From Candidatus Aminicenantes bacterium (GTDB lineage: Bacteria > Acidobacteriota > Aminicenantia > Aminicenantales > Aminicenantaceae): a stretch of DNA of 36,343 bases. The stretch is taken from the NCBI GenBank assembly GCA_030670375.1, contig DAOVBT010000001.1:1-36343 (forward strand), written 5' to 3'. The position numbers and the translations under genes were made by a program. Shown here piece after piece: positions 10,378-19,193 of this stretch. The notes beneath the pieces were generated by a model. That model worked only from the letters and a program-made list of their open reading frames with translations, had not been told where the DNA came from and ran no database searches. Within the stretch, counting starts at the first letter, position 1, and every line of letters begins with the position of its first letter.

Positions 10378-10887
10378 ATGAAAAAAATAATCCTCCTTTT
10401 TTTGGTTTGTTCGTTATTTCTCCAGTGCGGCTACCATCTTCGAGGGACGGGGAGCTCTCTGCCCCCTCATATTAAGGTGCTCAATATCCCGATGTTTGCC
10501 AATCGGACAACCCGGTTTGAGCTGGATTTAAAACTGACACAAGGGGTGATCGACGAGATGATTGCTCGGGGAAAGGTGGAAATCACGGATGAAGCAGATA
10601 GCGCGGATGCTGTTCTAGTAGGAGAAATCCTCCGTTTCAATGCTAATCCTATCGGCTTTGGAGAAGACGCGACAGCCGACAGGTATAACATTTCGATCGT
10701 TGCCAAGGTGATCCTGAGGGATGTGGTTCAGAAAAAAGTGATTTACTCTAATCCATCCTTTGTTTACCAGGGAGAGTACGAAGTGCCGGAAGGTGTGGAC
10801 TTTGAGTCGGTGGAAACAGAAGCGATTGACGAGATGGCTGTGAAATTTGCCCGAAGCCTTGTGGTAGCCATCTTAGAGGGATTTTAA
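10378..10887 (+). CDS. lptE: LPS-assembly lipoprotein LptE
   Basis: 169 aa with lipoprotein signal ...LFLQCGYHLRG (Cys followed by the GYHLRG LptE signature). It sits in the conserved leuS-lptE-holA order. Confidence 0.8.
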   Translation: MKKIILLFLVCSLFLQCGYHLRGTGSSLPPHIKVLNIPMFANRTTRFELDLKLTQGVIDEMIARGKVEITDEADSADAVLVGEILRFNANPIGFGEDATADRYNISIVAKVILRDVVQKKVIYSNPSFVYQGEYEVPEGVDFESVETEAIDEMAVKFARSLVVAILEGF

Positions 10888-10891
10888 AAGA

Positions 10892-11980
10892 GTGTACAGT
10901 TCTTTTTTGGGGAAGGAAATCGACGAAAAAGCCCTTCATCCTTGTTATTTTTTTTACGGGGAAGAACCGTTTCTTGCTGAAGAATTTATCCAAGAGCTGA
11001 AAAGAGCCTTGATTTCTCCCGAAGATCAGGATTACAACATCGAAAAATGCAATCTTGACGACCAGTCTTGGATGGAGATTATGGATCTTGCCCGCACCAT
11101 CCCCTTCTTTTTTTCGTCCTGGCGGATCATCGCTGTGAGTCTTCCCGTTGGAAAGGGGGAGCGCCTTTCCTCTACAGAGGAAAAAATCCTAAAGGATTAT
11201 TTTTCTTCACCTTCCGATCAAACGGCTCTTATTGTCATTTATCCTGGGAAACTTCGTAGGAGCGCTCCCATTTTCCGGTTGTTTTCTTCGTTTCCTTCCG
11301 CTCTCGTTCAGGTCAAGGAGCTCAAGCCGCTCAAAGGAAGGAATTTATTCTCATGGATGGACAAGAAGCTTTTATTATTGGGGAAAAGAGCGACCCAGGA
11401 TGCCATGGCACGGCTGGCTGAGCTTACTGGCAATAATCTTGCCCGAGTGAATAACGAGTTAGAAAAAATTTCTACGTTCGTCGGAGAAAAAAAGATAATC
11501 GAATTGGATGATGTTAACGCGGTCTCGGGATGGATCAAGTCCTTTAATGAATGGGAGATCGTGGATAATCTGGAAAAGGCCGATTTTGAAAAGAGCCTGA
11601 TTGTTTTGGATAATCTGTTCAGAAAAAGCATAAGGCCCGAGCTTATACTTGGCCTTACGGCCAAATTTTTTCGCGACATTTTTTTAGCCAAGCTCTGGCT
11701 AAAGGAGAAAGAAAAGGATAAAAAGGCCATTTTCAAAGAACTGCGTCCCCAAATACAGGAAAGATTTGGCAATTTTTATACCACCAAGTTCAGGAATTTC
11801 TTTTCCTTGGTAGATAGGATTCCGATGAGTGATCTGAATGATCTTCTTTCTGAACTCAAAGAGATCGATTTGAAGGTGAAGACGACAGATCTGAACCCCC
11901 AAACTTTACTGGAAGGATTCCTTTTTCATTACTGTCAGTCGAGAAAAGAGGCGGGAACTACTTCGAAGGAGAGGGATTAA
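10892..11980 (+). CDS. holA: DNA polymerase III subunit delta
   Basis: 362 aa with a GTG start. The N-terminal YFFYGEEPFL segment and overall length and layout fit HolA. Synteny after lptE supports the call. Confidence 0.85.
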   Translation: MYSSFLGKEIDEKALHPCYFFYGEEPFLAEEFIQELKRALISPEDQDYNIEKCNLDDQSWMEIMDLARTIPFFFSSWRIIAVSLPVGKGERLSSTEEKILKDYFSSPSDQTALIVIYPGKLRRSAPIFRLFSSFPSALVQVKELKPLKGRNLFSWMDKKLLLLGKRATQDAMARLAELTGNNLARVNNELEKISTFVGEKKIIELDDVNAVSGWIKSFNEWEIVDNLEKADFEKSLIVLDNLFRKSIRPELILGLTAKFFRDIFLAKLWLKEKEKDKKAIFKELRPQIQERFGNFYTTKFRNFFSLVDRIPMSDLNDLLSELKEIDLKVKTTDLNPQTLLEGFLFHYCQSRKEAGTTSKERD

Positions 11981-12236
11981 TCATTTCGACCTGGCGGCTC
12001 AGTCGGGATTTATACCGATCACCTGTTCTTTTATGGATCGTTCCTTTTTTAACGGATTTATCGATCGTGGAAAATGTATGCGGGAGGAGTTTTTCTGCTT
12101 CTTCACGATTTTTATTTGTGATGGCCGTCCTTATGGCTTTTATGCGTGTCCGCAGAAGAGACTTGTTTTTTCTGTTGATCAGGTTGCGGCGAAGGGATCT
12201 TCTCTCTTGCCGTATTGCCGACATGTGTTGAGCCAT
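11958..12236 (-). CDS. rpsT: 30S ribosomal protein S20
   Basis: The ORF-track entry 11958..12428 is trimmed to ATG 12236 (MAQHMSAIRQERRSLRRNLINRKNKS...). GGAGAAAGAA lies upstream and a TTGACT-17-TATCAT promoter is present. The product is 92 aa and basic, like S20. Confidence 0.9.
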   Translation of the reverse strand: MAQHMSAIRQERRSLRRNLINRKNKSLLRTRIKAIRTAITNKNREEAEKLLPHTFSTIDKSVKKGTIHKRTGDRYKSRLSRQVEMINPSPSK

Positions 12237-12260
12237 TTCTTTCTCCTGGAGTAAAAAAGT

Positions 12261-12289
12261 ATGATAAGATATCTTAAGACTGAAGTCAA
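12261..12289 (-). promoter_or_regulatory. sigma70-type promoter for rpsT
   Basis: Minus-strand TTGACT (12289-12284), 17-nt spacer, TATCAT (12266-12261). Confidence 0.6.
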
Positions 12290-12318
12290 CTAGGAATATG
12301 GGGTTATAAGCGCATCTG

Positions 12319-13896
12319 ATGGAACAGAAAGAGCAAAACCGGAAGTTAATCAGGTCGACTCTTGCCGTGTCAGCCCCTACTCTTTTAAGTCGCATCTTTG
12401 GGCTTTTCCGAGATATGATCCAAGCCAATTACATGGGCACGGGAAGGGGAATGGATGCGTTCACGATTGCCTATACCATTCCCAATCTGTTGAGACGTTT
12501 AACGGGAGAGGGAGCGATGACGGCGGCGTTTATTCCTGTTTTTACCCAACAGAAAAGCGAGAAGTCGCGAGAAGAACTCTGGAAATTTGCCCATTATATC
12601 TTTTTCGATTTGACGCTGATCATGGCCCTGATCACTGTCCTGGGTATTTTGTTTGCTCCCGTTTTGGTTAAGTTGATCTCCATCGGATTCAAGGATGTTG
12701 CCGGAAAATGGGATTTGACCATCACACTGACCCGCTTCATGTTTCCGTATATTTTTTTGATCAGCTTAGCAGCGTTGGCAATGGCTATCCTGAATTCATT
12801 CCACAAATTTTTTGTGCCTGCTTTTACACCTGTTTTGTTTAATCTTTCGATCATCACTATTGCCGGGATTTTTGCCGGCAAGGCCAAAGAACCTTCCTAT
12901 ATTTTTGCAGCAGGAGTGGTGGTCGGAGGAATTTTCCAGTTGGCCTTTCAGCTGCCATTCCTCCGACGTCAAGGAATGCGATTTAAACCGATGCTCTCCT
13001 TCACCCATCCGGGTGTGCGCAAAGTGGGGAAACTGATCGTCCCGGGGATATTCGGAGCAGGCCTTTACCAGATCAATTATGCCATAAGTCGTATGATCGC
13101 TTCATTTCTCGAGGAAGGGAGTGTGTCCTCGCTTTATTATGCGGCAAGAGTGCAGGAGTTGACTCTCGGCTTGTTCACGATTGCCCTTTCCATCGCCCTT
13201 CTCCCCACTTTTTCTGATCAAGCTGCCAAACAGGATATAAACGGGATGAAAAAAACTCTTGTTTACTCGTTTAAGCTTGTCTTTTTGGTAACGTTGCCGG
13301 CCATGGTGGGTTTACTGCTTTTGAATCGTCCGATCATTCAAGTGCTTTTCCAGAGAGGCGAATTCAACGAGCAATCCACGGCGATGAGCGCATCCTGTTT
13401 GTTCTTTTTTGCCTTGGGGATTCCCTTTATATCCGGGGTGAGGATCATGGCTCCTGCTTTTTATTCCTTAAAGGACATAAAAACCCCCGTGATCGTGGCC
13501 TCTTTCATCATGGGATTGTATATCTTGCTTTCCATTCTGCTCATGAGTCCGCTTCGCGTGGGAGGCATCGCTTTAGCTTTATCCATTTCTTCTGTTTTTA
13601 ATTTTCTTGCGCTGTTTTATCTTTTGGAGAGGAAAATAGGACATATCCATAAAAAAGGCATATTGATCTCTGCCTTAAAATCTGCCATTTCTGCAGCAGG
13701 GATGGGCGCTGTTGTGTGGTATTTTGTCAAACATTTTGGTTTTGACCAGATGGTCTTTATCCAGAAATTGGGGATTCTCGCTGCAGCTGTTTCCATCGGA
13801 ATCGTGGTTTATCTGGTGCTTAATCTCCTGTTTAGTCATGAAGACCTGAAGAGCCTTAAAAATGTATTTTCCAGAGATGAAATACTGAAAAAGTAG
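12319..13896 (+). CDS. murJ: lipid II flippase MurJ
   Basis: 525 aa and polytopic. The N-terminus ...LLSRIFGLFRDMIQANYMGTG...DAF..AYTIPNLLRRL is the MurJ/MviN signature. Confidence 0.93.
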   Translation: MEQKEQNRKLIRSTLAVSAPTLLSRIFGLFRDMIQANYMGTGRGMDAFTIAYTIPNLLRRLTGEGAMTAAFIPVFTQQKSEKSREELWKFAHYIFFDLTLIMALITVLGILFAPVLVKLISIGFKDVAGKWDLTITLTRFMFPYIFLISLAALAMAILNSFHKFFVPAFTPVLFNLSIITIAGIFAGKAKEPSYIFAAGVVVGGIFQLAFQLPFLRRQGMRFKPMLSFTHPGVRKVGKLIVPGIFGAGLYQINYAISRMIASFLEEGSVSSLYYAARVQELTLGLFTIALSIALLPTFSDQAAKQDINGMKKTLVYSFKLVFLVTLPAMVGLLLLNRPIIQVLFQRGEFNEQSTAMSASCLFFFALGIPFISGVRIMAPAFYSLKDIKTPVIVASFIMGLYILLSILLMSPLRVGGIALALSISSVFNFLALFYLLERKIGHIHKKGILISALKSAISAAGMGAVVWYFVKHFGFDQMVFIQKLGILAAAVSIGIVVYLVLNLLFSHEDLKSLKNVFSRDEILKK

Positions 13897-13904
13897 GAGT
13901 TGAT

Positions 13905-14357
13905 GTGATTATCGTTCTCCAAAGAGTCAAGGAAGCTTCGGTATCTGTCCAAGGCAACGTGTCGGGAAAGATCCAACAGGGCGTTTGTCTTTTGGTGGGC
14001 ATTGAAAAAGGAGATACGGAGGAGGATGCGCAGCACCTGGCGCGCAAGATCGCGGAGTTGAGGATATTCCCTGATAAAGAAGGGAAAATGAACCTTTCCT
14101 TGTGTGATGTCCAGGGAGAAGTCTTGGCCGTCTCCCAATTCACGTTGGCGGGTTCTGTCAAGAAGGGGAGGAGGCCCAGTTTTGATAAGGCGGAGGAGCC
14201 ATCTCGAGCAGAACCGCTTTTCCTCTATTTTGTGGATCAAATCAAAAAATTTGGATTGAAAGTCGAAACAGGAATTTTCGCAGCGTCGATGGACGTTTGC
14301 CTGATCAATGAAGGTCCTGTGACTTTTATCCTGCAGAAGAAAAATTCGATCAGCTGA
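13905..14357 (+). CDS. dtd: D-aminoacyl-tRNA deacylase
   Basis: 150 aa with a GTG start after GTAGGAG. MIIVLQRV...VSQFTL...NEGPVTFIL motifs are present. Confidence 0.95.
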   Translation: MIIVLQRVKEASVSVQGNVSGKIQQGVCLLVGIEKGDTEEDAQHLARKIAELRIFPDKEGKMNLSLCDVQGEVLAVSQFTLAGSVKKGRRPSFDKAEEPSRAEPLFLYFVDQIKKFGLKVETGIFAASMDVCLINEGPVTFILQKKNSIS

Positions 14358-14910
14358 ACTTGACTTGACTGACCTCTTGAAGGGCCTGAAGAGCTGGCGT
14401 TCTTACAAAGGAGCTATCATCCTCGGAGAGTTTTGTAAGAAGGGCCAGAGCTTTTTTTCCTCCAATTTCACCCAGAACTATAGCCAAGATGCGACGCACT
14501 TCGATGTTGGGGTCATTTACCAAACTCTCGATATATTTCACGGAGGATGTATTCTTTCTCAAACCCAGTATCCGGAGGCATCCTGTTTTAACATACCAAG
14601 GAGTTTTGTGAAGTCGTTGATACAGGAGGTTAAGATTGAGGTCCTCCCTGTTTGAAAGCTCCGTGGCAATGATTTTTCTGATGTCTTCGCTCGGGTCATC
14701 GAGGGCTTGAATCAAAACCTCGCAGACCCAAGGCTCTTTGGAGATTAGCAATCGTGTGATGATTTTTAATCGTGTTTGTCTATCCTTGGTTTCCTGAATA
14801 TTTTTCAGGGCAGTCTCCATCGAGGTTTTTTTTCGGGATTTTTTCGGGGTAGGCTTTGGTGATGGTTTCTCAGCTTCAGGGAATAATAACCCCGTTTTTT
14901 TGTCAATCAT
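14350..14910 (-). CDS. HEAT-repeat domain protein (function unknown)
   Basis: 186 aa with repeated DP..(D/E)(I/V)R......L helical-pair units (DPSEDIRKIIATEL, DPNIEVRRILAIVLGEIG, EDDSSFVRTPALQAL). It has its own TTGCAC-17-TATAAA promoter. Confidence 0.7.
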   Translation of the reverse strand: MIDKKTGLLFPEAEKPSPKPTPKKSRKKTSMETALKNIQETKDRQTRLKIITRLLISKEPWVCEVLIQALDDPSEDIRKIIATELSNREDLNLNLLYQRLHKTPWYVKTGCLRILGLRKNTSSVKYIESLVNDPNIEVRRILAIVLGEIGGKKALALLTKLSEDDSSFVRTPALQALQEVSQVKFS

Positions 14911-14942
14911 CTGATAAGGTTGCCCTTTTTGATTACAAGATA

Positions 14943-14971
14943 TTTATATAATAGATCGGAAAAAAGTGCAA
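14943..14971 (-). promoter_or_regulatory. sigma70-type promoter for the HEAT-repeat gene
   Basis: Minus-strand TTGCAC (14971-14966), 17-nt spacer, TATAAA (14948-14943). Confidence 0.5.
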
Positions 14972-15036
14972 CCGATTCGAGAGAAACCGTGTCCGCTCAG
15001 TCCTTGAGAAGTATTTTCAGTACCTGGGTTTATCCC

Positions 15037-16254
15037 TTAAACCATGTCGAGGATATGGCCCATTTTTTCTTTTTTTGTTTTCAGGTAGTTGATATTGGAT
15101 TTGTTGGGTGGAATTTCGATCGGGATGCGTTCGACGATTTCGAGACCATAACCCGCAAGACCGATAAATTTGCGGGGGTTGTTGGTGATCAAGCGCAATT
15201 TGTTCACCCCTAAAGAAACCAGGATTTGCGCTCCGATTCCATAATCTCTTTGGTCCGGTTTGAATCCAAGATGTTGGTTGGCTTCCACTGTGTCCAAGCC
15301 TTTATCCTGCATAGCGTAAGCCTTTATTTTGTTGACGAGGCCGATTCCTCTTCCTTCCTGGTTGATGATGTACAGGATCACTCCTTTTCCGTTCTTTTCG
15401 ATCATCTCCATGGATTGGTGCAGTTGGTCTCCGCAATCACAGCGGCTAGATCCGAATGTGTCACCTGTTAGACACTGGGAGTGGACGCGGACTAGAGTGG
15501 AATCATCTTTCTTGATATCTCCTTTTACCAGGGCAATGTGATTTTCCCGATGAATGGTGTCTTCGAAGATTATCAATCGGAATTCACCATATTTTGTGGG
15601 AAGGGGTATTTCCTCGATTTTTTGAACCAAACATTCGGTTTTCATCCTGTATTTGATAAGGTCTGCGATGGTAAGAATCGGGATGTCGTATGTCTGAGAA
15701 TACTTTTCCAGTTGCGGCATCCGGGCCATGGTTCCATCTTCATTCATGATCTCACAGATGACAGCGGAAGGTTTCAATCCGGCCAGGTGAGTGATGTCGA
15801 TAGAAGCTTCTGTTTGTCCTGCTCTCTTGAGCACGCCTCCGTCCTTGGCTTCGAGAGGAAAAATGTGTCCGGGTCTGGCAAGATCGGAAGGTGTTGTGTT
15901 AGGATCCATAGCCACATGGATCGTATGGGAGCGGTCATGGGCTGAAATGCCTGTGGTCACACCTCTCTTCGCATCGATGGAAATCGTAAAAGCGGTTTTG
16001 AAACTAGCCGTGTTATCCGCGACCATCAAAGGCAGGTCCAGTTCCTTCAGTCTTTTTTTCGTCAATGGGAGGCAGATGAGGCCACGTCCATACTTTGCCA
16101 TAAAATTGATGATATCGGGAGTGACCTTTTCCGCGGCCACCATGAGGTCACCTTCATTCTCCCTATCTTCATCGTCGATAATGATGATGAGTCTTCCTTC
16201 TTTGACCGCGTTTATAGCCTGCTCGATCGGAACTTTTCCTCTCATTTTTTCCAT
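15037..16254 (-). CDS. ribBA: bifunctional 3,4-dihydroxy-2-butanone-4-phosphate synthase / GTP cyclohydrolase II
   Basis: 405 aa with N-terminal DHBP synthase (DDEDRENEGDL) and C-terminal GCH II (RVHSQCLTGD...CDCG). Confidence 0.95.
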   Translation of the reverse strand: MEKMRGKVPIEQAINAVKEGRLIIIIDDEDRENEGDLMVAAEKVTPDIINFMAKYGRGLICLPLTKKRLKELDLPLMVADNTASFKTAFTISIDAKRGVTTGISAHDRSHTIHVAMDPNTTPSDLARPGHIFPLEAKDGGVLKRAGQTEASIDITHLAGLKPSAVICEIMNEDGTMARMPQLEKYSQTYDIPILTIADLIKYRMKTECLVQKIEEIPLPTKYGEFRLIIFEDTIHRENHIALVKGDIKKDDSTLVRVHSQCLTGDTFGSSRCDCGDQLHQSMEMIEKNGKGVILYIINQEGRGIGLVNKIKAYAMQDKGLDTVEANQHLGFKPDQRDYGIGAQILVSLGVNKLRLITNNPRKFIGLAGYGLEIVERIPIEIPPNKSNINYLKTKKEKMGHILDMV

Positions 16255-16267
16255 TTAATCGGACCTA

Positions 16268-16867
16268 CTATTTGGATTTTCCTTTTGTTTTGGATAGCCA
16301 ATTATACACGTATTTCCCTAATATGTCACATTCGATGTTCACCGTATTCCCATGTTTAAGGAGACGAAGATTTGAATTTTTCAAAGTGATCGGAATGATT
16401 TCCGCATCGAACGATGACGAATGGAGTTTGGCTATTGTCAGGCTGACCCCATTGATTGCCACTGAGCCTTTTGGGATGAAATACGGGCCGAGGTCAACCG
16501 GGAAGGAAATGGTCATCCTGATACCCGTCCCCTTTTTCTGCACGGCTATGACTTTTCCGGTCGAATCGATGTGTCCTGTGACCAGGTGGCCACTGAGAGG
16601 AGAGGAAAGCGTGAGCGAGAGCTCCAGATTGAGCTGCTCGCCCCTACGAAGAGAACCTAAACTTGTCCGACTCAGTGTTTCCTTGGAAAGGTCGAAACAG
16701 AGCATGTTTTTTTCCTTACGGGTTAAACTTAGGCAGACTCCGTTGACTGCCAGGCTGTCGCCGATTTCCAGCCGGGCTGCCAATTCTGGCGTTTCGATCA
16801 CCATCTCTTGTTTCCCTATCCTGTATTCCTTGAAGATGCCCGTGTGGGAGATGATTCCTGTAAACAT
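16268..16867 (-). CDS. ribE: riboflavin synthase (alpha chain)
   Basis: The ORF-track entry is trimmed to ATG 16867, giving the canonical MFTGII..TG N-terminus. TAATG overlaps the ribD stop. The two-barrel repeat includes GDSLAVNGVCLS and GSVAINGVSLT. Confidence 0.9.
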   Translation of the reverse strand: MFTGIISHTGIFKEYRIGKQEMVIETPELAARLEIGDSLAVNGVCLSLTRKEKNMLCFDLSKETLSRTSLGSLRRGEQLNLELSLTLSSPLSGHLVTGHIDSTGKVIAVQKKGTGIRMTISFPVDLGPYFIPKGSVAINGVSLTIAKLHSSSFDAEIIPITLKNSNLRLLKHGNTVNIECDILGKYVYNWLSKTKGKSK

Positions 16868-17970
16868 TATAGATATCCCTCCAAGATAATGTCCTTCCCG
16901 ATGGTGAAACAATTCGTGTTCCTTAGCCGCATGGCCTGGGCGACAGTTGAAAAGCCTTTTCCCTCAAAAAAAGTGGGGGCGTTCTCTCCTCCTATGAGCT
17001 TCGTGGAAAGTGTAATAAAAATCTTATCTATCAATTGATTTTCGAGAAGGCTTGTGAGGAGAAGAGCTCCTCCCTCCACCATTACGCTGGAGATTTCATT
17101 CTGGCCCAGCCAAGCTAGTATCTTGTTCAAATCGAGCCTTCCCGAACGGCTGCTCCGAACGGATACTACTTCCACTCCTTTTTTCCTCAGTTCTTGTGCC
17201 TTTCTCGACGTTTGCGATTGGTGTGTGAAAACCAGAATTTTCCCCTTGGATTCGAGTCTGAAGAGCTTTGCTTCGAGGGGGAAACGAAGTCTTGAATCGA
17301 TGATCACACGTATGAGCTGTTTTTTTTTCCAGAGGGGATGCCGGATGGTCAACCTGGGATCATCTTTCAGGAGAGTATTGATTCCCACCATGATGGCCAT
17401 GTGTTCTCCACGAAGCAGGTGGGCATATTCCCGTGTTTGCCTAGAAGTTATCCACTTGGAATCGTGGGTTTTGGTGGCCACTTTCCCGTCCAGGCTGGCA
17501 GCCACTTTTGCGGTCACGAACGGAATTTTTTGTTGTATGTATTTGTTGTAAATTTCGTTCAAGCGAGCATTTTTTTCTTCGAGAAGGCCGACGGAAACCT
17601 GTATGCCGGCCTGCCGCATTTTTTGGATTCCTTTTTTGTGAACCAAAGGGTTGGGATCCAGGGCTGAGACGACGACACGTTTGATTCCTGCCTGGATCAG
17701 GCTGTCCACACACGGAGGGGTTCTTCCCCAATGGACACAAGGTTCAAGGGTGATGTAGGCTGTGGCGTTTCTGGCCAGGGATCCTGCTTTTTGCAGGGCG
17801 ATAACCTCGGCATGGGGATTGCCGGGTTTATCATGAAATCCTGTCCCGACGATCGTGCCCTTTTTAACGATGATCGCCCCGACATACGGATTTGGGCTTG
17901 ACCATCCTTTGGCTTTTTCGGCCAAACCATAGGCCATTTCAAGAAAAACAGAATCTTTATTGGTATTCAT
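16867..17970 (-). CDS. ribD: bifunctional diaminohydroxyphosphoribosylaminopyrimidine deaminase / 5-amino-6-(5-phosphoribosylamino)uracil reductase
   Basis: 367 aa with deaminase zinc motifs HAEV...PCVHWGRTPPC and a C-terminal reductase domain. ATGA overlaps the ftsY stop. Confidence 0.95.
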   Translation of the reverse strand: MNTNKDSVFLEMAYGLAEKAKGWSSPNPYVGAIIVKKGTIVGTGFHDKPGNPHAEVIALQKAGSLARNATAYITLEPCVHWGRTPPCVDSLIQAGIKRVVVSALDPNPLVHKKGIQKMRQAGIQVSVGLLEEKNARLNEIYNKYIQQKIPFVTAKVAASLDGKVATKTHDSKWITSRQTREYAHLLRGEHMAIMVGINTLLKDDPRLTIRHPLWKKKQLIRVIIDSRLRFPLEAKLFRLESKGKILVFTHQSQTSRKAQELRKKGVEVVSVRSSRSGRLDLNKILAWLGQNEISSVMVEGGALLLTSLLENQLIDKIFITLSTKLIGGENAPTFFEGKGFSTVAQAMRLRNTNCFTIGKDIILEGYL

Positions 17971-18860
17971 GAAAGTAAGGCATCAACAAATTCCTGGGGC
18001 GAAAAATCCAAGATATCCTTTTCTCTTTCTCCGACGCCGACAAATTTAATTGGGAGCTTCAACTCATCCACAATGCTGATGACGCTTCCTCCTTTGGCTG
18101 TCCCGTCCAGTTTGGTGAGGAAAATTCCGGTCAGGCCGGAAAACTTTAAAAATTGTCTGGCCTGGATTAGAGCATTCTGACCGATGCTCGCATCCAACAC
18201 AAGCAGGATTTCTTGCGGGGCTCCTTCGATCTCCCTGGAAATCACTCTCCTGATCTTTTCCAGTTCATTCATAAGATTGACATTGGTGTGAATTCTTCCT
18301 GCCGTATCTACCATAAGATAATCGTATTCCTTGGCCTTAAATGATTGAATGGCGTCGTAGACAACAGAAGCCGGATCTGCTCCGTACTGGCCCTTCAGAA
18401 CCGGGATATTCAATCTTTTTCCCCAAATGGAAAGCTGCTCCTGGGCAGCAGCCCTGAAAGTGTCGGCTGCAACCATCAGGATGTTTTTTCCCTCCAATTG
18501 GTAGCGATGGGCGAGTTTGGCAAGGGAAGTCGTTTTACCCCCGCCATTGACGCCGACCATGATAAAAACACCGGGGGATTGTTTGAGATGTGAAGTGTAT
18601 GGAAGATCTGCGAAGATTCCTGTTATTTCTTTTTTGAGGAGGTTTTGTATGTTCTGGAGGGAGTCGGTTTTTTTGCTTTCTTTACGGATGGAATCGACTA
18701 TTTTTTCGGTCGTTTGAACTCCGACATCAGCAAGAATAAGCGTCTCGGCCAGTCCATCAAGCACGTCATCCTTAGTTTTGCCGGATTTGAGCAACTCATC
18801 CAGTTTGCCTTTCAAGTTGTCTCTGGTTCGGCTTAGTTTGGTTTTAAGATCAATCAACAC
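17967..18860 (-). CDS. ftsY: signal recognition particle receptor FtsY (NG domain only)
   Basis: 297 aa with a GTG start. GVNGGGKTT, DTAGR and TKLDGTAKGG GTPase motifs are present. There is no acidic A-domain. Confidence 0.93.
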   Translation of the reverse strand: MLIDLKTKLSRTRDNLKGKLDELLKSGKTKDDVLDGLAETLILADVGVQTTEKIVDSIRKESKKTDSLQNIQNLLKKEITGIFADLPYTSHLKQSPGVFIMVGVNGGGKTTSLAKLAHRYQLEGKNILMVAADTFRAAAQEQLSIWGKRLNIPVLKGQYGADPASVVYDAIQSFKAKEYDYLMVDTAGRIHTNVNLMNELEKIRRVISREIEGAPQEILLVLDASIGQNALIQARQFLKFSGLTGIFLTKLDGTAKGGSVISIVDELKLPIKFVGVGEREKDILDFSPQEFVDALLS

Positions 18861-18876
18861 GGTTTCTTCCCTGAAC

Positions 18877-18911
18877 TATTCATAAAAAACGTCAATGCTT
18901 TTTTATGAATA
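18877..18911 (-). promoter_or_regulatory. 13-bp perfect inverted repeat (stem-loop or operator) at the predicted 5' end of the ftsY leader
   Basis: tattcataaaaaa (18877-18889) / 9-nt loop cgtcaatgc / ttttttatgaata (18899-18911). It lies between the predicted -10 and the ftsY GTG at 18860. Confidence 0.6.
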
Positions 18912-18921
18912 ATCCAGGTTC

Positions 18922-18950
18922 ATTATATTTTTTGGGCTTTTCAAAGTCAA
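18922..18950 (-). promoter_or_regulatory. sigma70-type promoter for the ftsY-ribD-ribE-ribBA operon
   Basis: Minus-strand TTGACT (18950-18945), 17-nt spacer, TATAAT (18927-18922): consensus -10 and 5/6 at -35. Confidence 0.7.
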
Positions 18951-19061
18951 TCAGCCCTCTTGTTCGCCTCCCATCGCTTTTTTGCGAGCTTGGTATCGTA
19001 AAGAGACAAAGTTTGTGTGTTCGAAACATAGCTTGCAGCGAGTGCTAAAAAAGCATCATTA

Positions 19062-19174
19062 TTTCCGTGATATCAAAAGGCTTTATATAAGCTTTTAGGA
19101 ATGGCGCATAAAATCTTCAATGGTCGCTTCAACCATCCCCAAAAGCCCAATTTATCACGAAAACAAAGATGCTA
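19062..19174 (+). repeat. bipartite conserved intergenic element, copy A (43-nt 5' module, 9-nt spacer, about 60-nt 3' module)
   Basis: tttccgtgatatcaaaaggctttatataagcttttaggaatgg / cgcataaaa / tcttcaatggtcgcttcaaccatccccaaaagcccaatttatcacgaaaacaaagatgcta. It matches copy B at 37/43 and 56/60 positions by hand alignment. The CGTGATA...TATCACG ends can pair. Confidence 0.85.
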
Positions 19175-19193
19175 ATGAGTGGCTAAGAATAGG

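Noticed and set aside
15037-18860. FMN (RFN) riboswitch for the riboflavin genes.
   Set aside because: ribD overlaps the ftsY stop, and the remaining junctions are 13 nt or shorter. No GGAUGGGAGA / ACCGACGGU-type RFN core is visible in the ftsY leader.
18984-19036. tRNA-like mini-structure: a 7-bp acceptor-like helix GCGAGCT/AGCTTGC enclosing a T-arm-like hairpin with a GTTCGAA loop.
   Set aside because: It is only about 53 nt long. There is no D-arm, anticodon arm or CCA/discriminator context, and the T-stem needs wobble pairs. It is most likely chance within promoter-upstream DNA.
18905-19048. 47-aa + strand ORF (MNNPGSLYFLGFSKS...CSEC) in the ftsY-recJ intergenic region.
   Set aside because: It has no ribosome-binding site. 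It starts inside the palindrome, runs antisense across the ftsY promoter, and has no recognisable family features.
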